64,000 nucleotides of DNA from Dipteris shenzhenensis (taxonomy: Eukaryota), in NCBI GenBank assembly GCA_047967505.1, contig CM106538.1. One strand, 5' to 3'. Positions 25,501 through 36,299 of this stretch are shown here, piece after piece. The notes beneath the pieces were generated by a model. That model saw only the letters and a list, made by a program, of their open reading frames with translations, did no database searches and was not told the origin of the DNA. Position 1 is the stretch's first letter. Every line of letters starts with the position of its first letter. The position numbers and the translations under genes are program-made.

Positions 25501-27940
25501 GATTGGGTTTTGCTGCGTTTTCAGAAGGCAAGGCTGAAAAATAAGAAAGGCAAGGAAAGGTTGTACACAAAGCTGAACATGCGTTACTATGGTCCTTTCC
25601 AGGTTTCTGAAAAGATAAACGAGGTAGCTTGAAGTTGCCTCCGCATTGGAAGATACATAATGCCTTTCATGTGAGTTTATTAAAGCAATATCATGGAGAT
25701 ATTCCCGAGGATGTACCTGATGAGGTGCAGCCTGAAGTGGAAGAACAGGATGAACTTCTGGTCCCAGAGCAGATTCTGGCACACAGAGATAGAAAGCTCA
25801 AGGGTAAAGTTATCCGTCGCTACTTGGTAAAATTTCAAAATTACCCATCACTTGATGCGAAATGGATGGAGGAAGGTGAACTGGCAGATTCACATGGGAT
25901 ATTGCAGCTTTACCTTGATGCTTTCCAATTAGAGCCGACTACGGTCCGGGCTCCTACAGGTAGTTCAACAGAGCGAGCGTCTGGAGCATTACCTGATGTT
26001 TGAGAGGGGGGTAGCACCTCCACTCCCTCAGTACAGACGGGCTCACTGTGATTTCATGAGGTCGCTTGATGACACTGTATGTTTCATCCGAGATACTGAG
26101 CTGACAGTATTTCTGCTGTGAGACTTCATGATATTGATGCATCTTGACTATTGATCGCCGAGGATCACATAGATTTTGAGCAGTATATATGGATGGATGC
26201 ATGCCTCTCCTAGCCATATTTTCATGGTCTCTGTATACTATAGCTGCGGCTTTCTTGTATACTCTTTTATGCTATATTTCATGCTCGCTCCTGTGTTTTG
26301 GGGCAGCAAACTGTGGTTTGCTGTTTCAAGAGAGGGGTATGTCACGGGGGCGTGAAATTCTAAGTACTTTAATGTACTACTAGACCGTGACAACTTTGGT
26401 TTTAAAAGTCCAAGCGTGGGCTTAATAATGTGTAATTAAACGCGGCATGGTGCCTAGCACATAAGCGTAATTAATCCCTAGGCCCAAAGGCATTCCAAGG
26501 AATTAAAAGAGTGGTTGTTGGGAAATGATGATGTGGCATTTTTAATGGGCCCCCTAGAGGGCCATGTACCTTCAGTGGCCCCCCTAGAGTTCCAGGTGGC
26601 TCTAGTGCCTTCTACATGCTCCTTTGCCATTCCTGGACCTTCCTGGGCCTTCTAAACTTCACATGTGTGGTTTTCTCTCTCATCTTCTCCCTTTGTTGAG
26701 ATTTTGGACTGGTTTTTCAGCCTCCTTCAGCTGAATTCCGTTTTTCTTCATAACTCCTCACCCGTTTGGATTCCTCGACTTCCGTTTGGCCCGATGGCTT
26801 CCCCTCTGCCTCCCCTTCGTAGTGATATGCTTTTCCCTCCGTGCGTTTGGTAGAACGAGCAGAGCTGAGCACTTCTTTTGCTGGTCGAATTTGCAAAAGT
26901 GGCTTTTTTTGGACCTTTTTTCTTCTACCGCCTCCTGGGCCTCTCCTCTTGCAAAGCTACAGCTTTCTGTTGAATTTCGAGTGGTCCGACGCGCTGGTTG
27001 ACTGGTTTTTCTCAGTTTTGGAGGACTTTCCGGCGATGAAACTTCTCCAAAACCTTCTCAATGCATTCCTCTCTGAAGCACGCTTCTTTTGAGCCTAAGA
27101 ACTCCCACTTCTTCGCGACAGAAGTGCTTCTTTTCGCATTTTTAAGTGGAATTCTTGCTGGTCGGCTCTTGTAAATGCTCTTTCTTCATGCCTTTGCACT
27201 CCTCTTTGGCTGAGAATGCAATTGGGCATTGGCTACTATGTCCTCTTGGCGATTGAGGACTTGGTTCGAGTTTTCAGGGCTTGGTGAGTTGTGATTTTGC
27301 TACTGCAATTTCTTTTTGCCATAAGCTATTGGTTGGCCTCGTGTGCCGCCTCTTTCTTGGCTCACAGGTGCCCAGGCAGTGCTACATGAGTCATTCTTTG
27401 GTTGGGTACTTTGCTGATTTTATTTTGGAGCTTTGAAAAGCTTTGTGAATGCCATCTGGAAACCACTCAAAGAGAGTGCAGCTGGGGTGCAGTGTGATTG
27501 CATCTGGACAGCCAATGGAATTGCACTCGGAAAAGAGAATGCCTTTGGGTTGAGCCTATGGGTTAAGTGCACTTATGTGATGGTGTTCTATGCTTGAAAG
27601 CCTTGCGAAGGCTTAGTGAATTGGGGCTGCGTGCTCAGTTGCAGGGAAGGTCTCCCAGATGCAACTTGTAATCATTTCACTGTGAAATATAAAGAAATAC
27701 CGAAAGGGGCGCCACGGTGTTTGGGGCCAATCGGGTGCACTTGTCTATGTCTGTTGAGCAGGGGCATTCTAGCCTCCATCCCTTTTTCAGTGGTGTTGTT
27801 TGTGAACAAATGGGTAAATGCCAAATGGTGATCATGCAATGGTTAATGGTTGTGATATATGCTTTGTGAGCTGTAAATAAGTACTGAAGTGATTAAAGGT
27901 TTAGTTCCACTGCCCTCTGAGTGATTAGAGGCCGGTTTCA
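19512..27940 (+). mobile_element. Ty3/Gypsy chromovirus, 5' LTR truncated
   Basis: 3' LTR 26340-27940 (TG..CA, after PPT aagagagggg); 5' LTR remnant 19512-20752 equals 26700-27940. Gag with CFICKEEGHRSYDC, PR FDSGAK, RT FFDD, RH, IN, and chromodomain EQILAHR..YLVKFQNYPSLDAKW. Confidence 0.95.
20754..20771 (+). promoter_or_regulatory. Primer-binding site, tRNA-Glu-like
   Basis: TGGTTCCGTTGCCGGGAC follows the LTR CA after a 1-nt gap; its reverse complement GTCCCGGCAACGGAACCA matches the plant tRNA-Glu 3' end as I recall it. Confidence 0.75.
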
Positions 27941-28781
27941 GCAACCTGCAGTCCAATAGGGCTCACAAGGTGCTTTTGTGCCTCAAGAGGCTGATTTAGA
28001 AGACTAGCTAGATCACACGGAAGCTCAAGCTATCTTACAAGCGCAAAGAGAGATGCTGGGCAGAGAGGGACTAGGTATTTTTGCTGCTGGTCTAGTGGAT
28101 GACGATACCATGCAAGGCGACCCGGTCTCTCTTCAACAAGTACAGAGACTATGCCCATCAGATTTCGTAAGAAACATCTTGTTTCTTCATTCAGGAAGTG
28201 CTAGGAATAAATATGCACAGCCCAAGTTATCATACTTGTGGCACAAAACGCTAGCCCACATCCTTCTCCAACGATTCATAGAGGTGGAAGGAAGAATCCC
28301 CAATAACCAACAAATACCCATGTATTTCATCCAACAGGTGTATGTCTACGATGTCTTGCATCGACGCGTGGATTGGAATGACAAGCATCACTTGTCAGGA
28401 ACAGGAAAGGAATGTCCTGCAGAGCGCAAGCGAGCAAGGACAGAGAACAGAGAGCCCGTGTCTCAAAGACCTTGTGTGCTAACTCCCTAGGCACATAGTG
28501 ATCTTGTTGACTTGGCCACATCTGCCATACCTCTCCGTCAACAAGGTGTTACTATCGAGGAGTTACAAGATCACGTTGCATCACAAGCCAAAGAGATCGA
28601 GGACCTACAAGCACGCGTACAGACGTTGGAGTCTGAGCTTGCACGCTACAGACAGTCCTTTGGAGATTTGGATGCAGCTGAGGATACTGATATTTTTGAT
28701 TTTGAGGACCTCACTAATATAGATTCGCAGGGTGTAGGACCAAGCACTCAGGAAACGGTAGATGTGGATCCTAGTGCATAA
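27941..28781 (+). pseudogene. hAT cargo ORF-B copy 2 (5' end cut by the Gypsy insertion)
   Basis: REMLGREGLGIFAAG...IEELQDHVASQAKEIEDLQARVQTLESELARYRQSFGD; inverted repeat of 7928-8767. Confidence 0.7.
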
Positions 28782-29136
28782 TTATGTACATTGTAAACTT
28801 CATATATAACTTTATAATACTCTTCTTCAGCAACGATAGTTCAGGTGATATAAGTGAGTTAAGTGGACTATCGATGTTGCCTTGAAAGTATCTGCAAGTC
28901 ACAAGATTGTCTCTAACTATTATGTATACCAAAATCATCCACAATCTGAATAATTACAACACAACATCGCTTGTAGCCCACAAGGTTCTAGATTTCAATA
29001 CAAAAGGAGATGAGATGGATATGAGCATATGTGCTCTCCCATCACTTGACATATTCTCCCATCCATCCCCTCGGATACAACATTATATCCGATATAATTA
29101 GAGCTTCATCCACTGCTCACCTATCATATTCTTCTA

Positions 29137-31217
29137 TCACTCTATTTCGCATTCTACTTCGACTTCGTTGTTGTCACTAAGTAGCTCAAGCTCGTCTTCC
29201 TCTTCACTAAATGCACCCTCAATAACTAATTCTATAGTCAATCGTTGTCCAGCAATTCTCATTACAACGGCTTCACTTGCTGTCCTAGCCGCAATATTAA
29301 ATCCTTTTAACAATCGTAGATTTCCAAAGCAAAATACCAAATCTGCAGCTCTTGATGGCTTTGAGCGATTGCGTCTCTTAGAATGAATAAAATCGTATGC
29401 ACTCCAATTTTGCTCACATGCATCCGATGATGCAGTAACAGAAAGCATACGAGTTGCAACATGCTGTAACTCCAATGTCTCTCCACCATATTCCTTCCAC
29501 CAAGTAGGTGCAATAGTCGTCTTAATAGCATCAAGATTCCAAGGATCTCCAAAAGAGCCTTCGCGATTCGTATATCTCACTCGTTGCTGGTAGGCCAGTT
29601 TTCCTTGATCTCCAGGAAGTAACTTTTTACAAACCTCTCGGAAGTTACTTATGACTTCAGGATTCTGTGATTGAGCATGCATTTGATATTGTGGATGCAC
29701 TGCAAACGCAGCTCCATGCAAAGGGGTGTGCATTTGCTTCCATCTCTTATTGGCCAAATATACCACTTGTTGCTTCTCCCTAGGAGCAAAGCGCATAAAT
29801 TCTTCAACTTGTCGTATTGCTTCTGACATCTTCCAATACACTTTACCCATAACAAAGGCATCAGCATTAACTGTCCTCAATACTGTTACAAATGGTTCTA
29901 CACCTTCTTTTATTCTTTTAACTTTTTTCAGAATATAGATGATTGTACAAGATGTACACATTTAGAGCCCAGTATTGCGTACTGCGTCTTTTTTTCTAGC
30001 CAATTCGCCCATCGTCTATCAGCAACAGTCTCGACTAAAGCTTGATGCACTTCCAACAATCTAGCAAGAACTAGAAAAGAAGTGGCAAATCTAGTTTGAT
30101 GAAATTGCCTGAGTTGCTTCACAGAGTGCTCTCTGAATACTGCATGCAAGTATTGATGACTCTTTATAAAACTCACTACGATGTTAGCATCTTGCAGTGT
30201 TGGTTGCACAAATGGCAATTGTCAAATATCCTTCAACAATAAGTTGAGAGTATGAGCGCCACATGGCACCCATGTCAGAGTGGGATATTTTGCCATGACC
30301 ATCTCACCTGCGATCTTGTAATTCGATGCATTATCTATTACTAATGCAGTAACATTCTCACTGCCACCAACTTTGCGGATTGCTCTTTTGTATATTTTTA
30401 CAATATATGTCGAAGTTTTTTCTTTTAGAGACGTGTCAATACTCTCCAAAAATATAGTTCCCTTGGGAGTAATGCACATTACATTTATCAAGGGTCTGGT
30501 CTGCTTGCTAGTCCATCCATTAAACGCAAGAGTGCACCCATATATAGGAATAAAGTCTAATATCTTTTTTTTCAAGCAATACGCCACAGTTTGTTTGACT
30601 CTATCAAGATGATCGGTACGCATTTTATTATAATCTGGCAAAATAAATCCTGGTCTAGCACATGATTTCAAGGCATTACGAAACGTGTCATCTCTCATGA
30701 CATTGAATGGTATACCATTTTTAACAAATGCTTCTGTCCATCTTAAGTGCTCTTCATGCACTTGTCAAAGAAATCCATCCTCCATAGAAGATTGTTCTCC
30801 CTTTTTTCTCTTCTTTACCTGACAGACATTAGTCGCATCAAAACTCACCTGCGACCCGCTTGCTAGCATATCTACATCACCTTCATGTATGGATACACTC
30901 CTCGCATTTATTGGTGCTTCTCCTTCAACCATCTCATCAACCTCAGTGCTCGCATCTTGTTGATTTGCACAATTTCTTATTAGGGTTGGATTAACCACTT
31001 TCTTTACTTTCTCTAAATACGATTTGCATAACGGAAGAATATCAGACGGAGTGCATGTGCAAGCTCCAACGTCACTGCCTATTCCGAGAAAATGTTGCTT
31101 GATGCGAGTAGAACCACCTGTGAATTTGTGTCCATAATATTTACACTGCAAGAAAGAGACCGAGGCATGTACTTTTTGTATCTTCGTCACGTATGACCAA
31201 ATCTTGCTGCGCACCAT
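29137..31217 (-). pseudogene. hAT transposase (BED finger, DUF659-type catalytic region, hAT dimerisation domain), disrupted
   Basis: MVRSKIWSYV..CKYYGHKFTGGSTRIKQHFLG (BED); TLAFNGWTS, VIDNASNY, WVPCGAHTLNLLLKDI, TRFATSF; WWKEYG..ATRMLSVTASSDACEQNWSAYDFIHSKRRNR. In-frame stops near 30765 and 30222; frameshift near 29945. Confidence 0.92.
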
Positions 31218-31559
31218 GCTTTTGAAGTTGCCAAAAACAAAATGCAAAAAAAACTAATTTGAGTATACAATAGAAACATATTGCAATACACATTTTATAA
31301 AAAACAACACATATCCTTTGAAAAACACGTTCAAGCATGCAATATATTAATTGTCATTCAATCACGCTCTTTTAAAATAATTCACATTCTATTGAAAGAA
31401 TATTAAATATTCATTCAAAAGAAAGTGTAAGAATGAGACAACTCTTCTAAGAACTTTTAAAACTTTCAATTCGTACACTTTAAAACTCTTTGTATTCTTT
31501 CACATTCTATTCAAAGAATATTACATATTCATTTAAAGAAAGTGTGAGAATACAAACAC

Positions 31560-32900
31560 AATAAAATCATATTTCTCACATGAGGTCTAGGGAACTCAAC
31601 GAGAAGATCCTAAAACTCCCACATACAAAAATTTTCACAAGAGATCTAAGGAACCCAACAAGGAGATCTTAAAACTTTCACAAACTAATTTAATAATTTC
31701 ATAAACACGAAAACAAGCCCAGTTCTCACAAGAGATCTAAGGAACTTAACAAGGAGATCCTAAACTCCCACATACAAAAATCTATTCACATGAGATCTAA
31801 GAAACTCAACAAGGAGATCTTAGAACTCCCACAAACAAATTTCATAGACACAAAAACAAGCCCATTTATCACAAGAGATCTAAGGAACTCACCAAAGAGA
31901 TCCTAGAACTCCCACGTACAAAAATCTATTCACATGAGATCTAAGAAATTCAGCAAGGAGATCTTAGAACTCCCACAAATAAATTTCATAGACACAATAG
32001 CAAGTCCATTTATCACAAGAGATTTAAGAAACTCACCAAAGAGATCCTAGAACTCCCACGTACAAAAATCTATTCACATGAGATCTAAGAAACTCAACAG
32101 GGAGATCTTAGAACTCCCACAACCAAATTTCATAGACACAAAAACAAACCCATTTATCACAAGAGATCTAAGGAACTCACTAAAGAGATCCTAGAACTCC
32201 CACGTACAAAAATCTATTCACATGAGATCTAAGAAACTCAACAAGGAGATCTTAGAACTCCCACAAACAAATTTCATAGACACAAAAACAAGCCCATTTA
32301 TCACAAGAGATCTAAAGAACTCACCAAAGAGATCCGAAGGAGATCTTAAAACTCCCACAAACAAATTTCATAGACACAAAAACAAGCCCATTTATTACAA
32401 GAGATCTAAGAAACTCACCAAAGAGATCCTAGAATTTCCACGTACAAAAATCTATTTACATGAGATCTAAGAAACTCAACAAGGAGATCTTAAAACTCCC
32501 ACAAACAAATTTGATAGACACAAAATCAAACATATTTCTCACAAGAGATCTAAGGAACTCAACAAGGAGATCCTCAAACTCTCACAAAAAAATTTATCTC
32601 ACAAGAGATCCAAGGAACTCAACAAGGAGATTCTAGAACTCCCACAAACAAATTTCAAACACATAAATATATAAATTATTTTTATCACAAGAGATCGAAG
32701 GAACTCAATAAAGAGAATTTAGAACTTCCACAAACAAAGTTCAAACACATAAATATCTAAAATATTTTTATCACAAGAGATCGAAGGTACTCAATAAAGA
32801 GAACCTAGAACTCCAACAAACAAAAGAAAAGACCAAAACCAAAATCCAAACAAGAGATCTCAGGAACTCACAATGAGATCCTAAAGTTCCCTGATAAAAA
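31560..32900. repeat. Subterminal tandem repeat array of the hAT element (144-bp higher-order unit)
   Basis: tctattcacatgagatctaag recurs at 31781, 31925, 32069 and 32213 (period 144). Each unit has two gagatctaag(g/a)aactca sub-units; copies degenerate at both edges. Confidence 0.9.
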
Positions 32901-33504
32901 TCTATCTTGTTTCGGACCTTCTAGATTGCTTTCACAACCTTGAGGACCGTTCTCCTTCTTTTCCTTTTTAGATGTCTTATGCTCGGCTGAGGAACCAAGC
33001 GTGAGATAAGAAAAATTGGCAAACAATGAGATTATATGCAAAATCAAAGAAATGTATTTGTCCTAATATAAGTTTATTCGTACAAATATGTGGTGATGAT
33101 GTGGCGATTTATATAAAAAACGTGACGTGTCACCGTTTTTTTAATCGATTTTTTCTTCCATTCGAATCATTCGAGCAATTTTCTCGATTTTTTCGAATCA
33201 CAAATTCGAATTTTTCTACTTAGGTTTGAGCTGCTCTAGGCCTCCAAAAACTGGACGAAATCTTTGTTTTAGGCTTCCTGGCCAGATTGGTACCAAATCC
33301 ATTTCACCTACTAGGATTGGAATGCCAGGGGCCAAAAGGGTGCTAGAAAGAAATCGTTTTTGCTGTTTTTCACCTCTTCCAGGGCTGTTGCTGCTGATTT
33401 TGACTGCCAGACTGCTTGGAAACTGCTCCAAATTAATTCACATACTTGGTTGCTGCTGCTCCAGGGTTTCGAGAGCCCTCTGATCAGTTAACTGTCTCCT
33501 AGAC

Positions 33505-33951
33505 GCCCTACAGTTGTCTTAGAACCTTCAGAGTTTCTTGTCTTGCTGCAGCTGACCTTTCTGTGAGCCAGGAATAGATGAGGTTGGCTGTTTGTTGGCC
33601 TTCTCCCTACTAGGACTCCTTTGAAGCTGCCAAGACAGACTTGGCTGATTTTCTCTCCTGCCAGGACTCCCTTGGAGCTGCCAGGTTAGAACTTATCAGC
33701 TAGATACGGAAGAAAGGTCTCCCAGAAGCCCTACAGTTGTCTTAGAACCTTCAGAGTTTCTTGTCTTGCTGCAGCTGACCTTTCTGTGAGCCAGGAATAG
33801 ACGAGGTTGGCTGTTTGTTGGCCTTCTCCCTACCAGGACTCCTTTGAAGCTGCCAAGACAGACTTGGCTGATTTTCTCTCCTGCCAGGTCCTGCCAGGAC
33901 TCCCTTGGACTGCCAGGTTAGAACTTATCAGCTAGATACGGAAGAAAGGTC
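33505..33951. repeat. Tandem duplication, ~223-bp unit
   Basis: gccctacagttgtcttagaacc starts at 33505 and 33728; both copies end in gatacggaagaaaggtc. Confidence 0.9.
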
Positions 33952-34314
33952 GCCATGGAATGCTGCATTGGACTGGGATGCCTTTCGGAGTCTGGAACTG
34001 TTTGCATAGCAGGACGGAAGTGCCTGTGAACAGATTATTCAGTTGGCCGTTTTGGTCGGATGCATGAGAGCTTTTACTGTATTTTTAATTCCTTTTGAAT
34101 AAAAGATAAAGAAATACTGAAAGGTTCGCTAAATTTTAGGGCCAATGTGGTGTCTGGTGCAGACAGGGGCAATCTAGCTTTTCAATATTGGCTTTGGAAT
34201 TGTTTGTGTGTGTTGTGGATATTTTTGAAGTGGCTGAAAGTTAAGTATTTGCTGATTGTATCTCTTCATTGCCCTTTAGATTTCCCGAAGGCCAATTTCA
34301 GACTTATCAGATTG

Positions 34315-35507
34315 ATCAGGAGGTACGGGGATCGTACCTCAAGACGTAGATTGCCATGGCTTGCATTGTCTTCCTCTATGGCCCTAGCAATTGAGGGTGA
34401 CCCGATGCTGGTACGCACATACAGGCATGTGGTTTGAGAGATTGGGGCTCATGTGAATAGACTTCCCCCCTTCTAGTACAGTATTGTCGCGCCATTTCTC
34501 CCACTTAGGTATCACAAGGTTAACCTGGTCATACACAAGGACCTCGTGCAACTACACACATCCCGGATTGTGTGAACTCCTGGTGTCTACAGAGACCACT
34601 ACCTAAGATATCTCTGACGAGGGTTTAATTGATTCTCCTGGGTACACTCGGATTCACCTCTCCCATTCACTTAGGATCTCTATCGGACATTTTTGGGTTT
34701 CTTCGCATTGACTTCGCATTGAGAGTGGATGAGCTGAGGGAGTACCCAGGCAGAGGCGCATATGTACTTTGTGCGATTCACAGGAGATTGAGTTTCATCT
34801 TCAGATGTCCAGTATAATACGAGATCCAAGGTCGCTTTTGCAATCTCTTTAGAAATAGCTTTGGGCTCCTCTCCCGCTTCCTCAATTTCCCAGACTAGAG
34901 ATGTTTGGCTGCCTTCATCCATGAGGCACGCTAGACATCGGGGGCGCTTACATCACAAAGATAGGGACCGGACGCACGGGCAGATTTTTCTTAGAGCCTG
35001 ATCACCAGCCAACCCACACAGGTGATCGCCCCATAGGCCTCCGTCGACACGATGGGATCCAGAGCCATCGACATGATGTATCTGACTGAGGATAGACACG
35101 GAGATTAGTAGAGACATCCCCTCCATGTTCAAGGCAGGGGTGCGTTTGCAAGGGTCACCGTAGCCTTGGTGCGACGCAGAGCCTCTGCTAGGAGATCACG
35201 TCCCACAACACCCACGGATAGTCGACAGCACCCTATCTCTGATTTTATTCTACCACTGTCCCACTAGTCGCTAGGTTCTCCGTGATATTGGGGCCTGCTT
35301 TGTACTTTGATGATATGATGATAGCTGATGGGGAGGGTCATATCGACATAATGTTATGATTGTGTATTGATGTTCTTTTATGACTATGTAGCATATAGCA
35401 TGTAGTTTTGGGTGTTGATACTCGCTTAGTAGCTCCACCCTTCTAGCTTGTTTTAGATGAGGTTTCTCATAGTCTCATAGACCCATCGGTCTTCCGAAGA
35501 CTTTAAT

Positions 35508-35556
<49 letters not shown>
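34315..35556 (+). mobile_element. 5'-truncated RTE-like LINE ending in a (CT)n tail
   Basis: Homologous to 41505-42730 (LPWLALSSS; gacccatcggtcttc..gactttaataaa); followed directly by about 22 CT repeats (35511-35555). Confidence 0.8.
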
Positions 35557-35559
<3 letters not shown>

Positions 35560-36299
35560 CATTCTTATTCTTATTTTCTACTTTTTTTCTTCCTTTTTGT
35601 TGTTTGGTTGGGTTTTCAAAGCTTTGTAAGCACTGGGTTCTCCCAAGTGATTCCGAAATCTTTTGAAACCCAATGGTAGCTTATGCTTGAGTACTGATGT
35701 GCACATAAGCTACAAAGTTATTATTATTCTTTATTTTTCTCTTTTACTCTTAATTTTCTCTAAAATGGCTTATAAACTCTCATTTTGTTGATTCTTTAGC
35801 TTGTTCAATAAAAAATCTAATTTGTAAGATTTGATATATTCTAGTCTTATGAATGTATATATCAGCTTCACTCCCATTCTCTCCACTCTTAATCCTTTTC
35901 CCATTTCTCATAGGTGTCTCCAATGCAGTCCCAATGAATGATGAAGAAGGAAATTGCAATGTCATCATCCTTGCCTTTCGGCAAGACAAGAAGTGTTCTC
36001 TTTTGCTCAATGGAAAGTGGCATCCAATCGATTCCTCATATTTGCTTTGACCAGGTTGGGCATGTGCTCCCAAACTCTAGGCTAAGCTTTGCATTTGGTT
36101 AGGGTGAAGGTCTCGAATAAATAGAAAGAGGAGAAGAAAATGAAATCCCACCACAGGGTATCCCGGAGGGGAAGACTGATAGATAGCCTAGAAATTACAC
36201 TCGGAAGTGTTTCACTAGGGAATCAAGCTTCATCAACATGTGTACACTTCACAACCATGCATGTGTGTGCAGACTAGCAAATAGACTATCTCAACAATA

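Larger units (their letters stand above)
6961..33223 (-). mobile_element. Giant palindromic hAT DNA transposon with cargo genes and nested retroelements
   Basis: Perfect 8-bp TSD GTTTGAGC (6953-6960; 33224-33231). Termini CTAAGTTG / CTACTTAG; TTCGA-rich subterminal motifs at both ends; ~100-bp inverted match 7044-7143 vs 32952-33050; hAT transposase inside. Confidence 0.88.

Noticed and set aside
31560-32900. Regular repeats (here and at 16425-16770) that could be read as CRISPR arrays
   Set aside because: The intervening sequences are themselves repeated rather than unique spacers; no cas genes; eukaryotic context.
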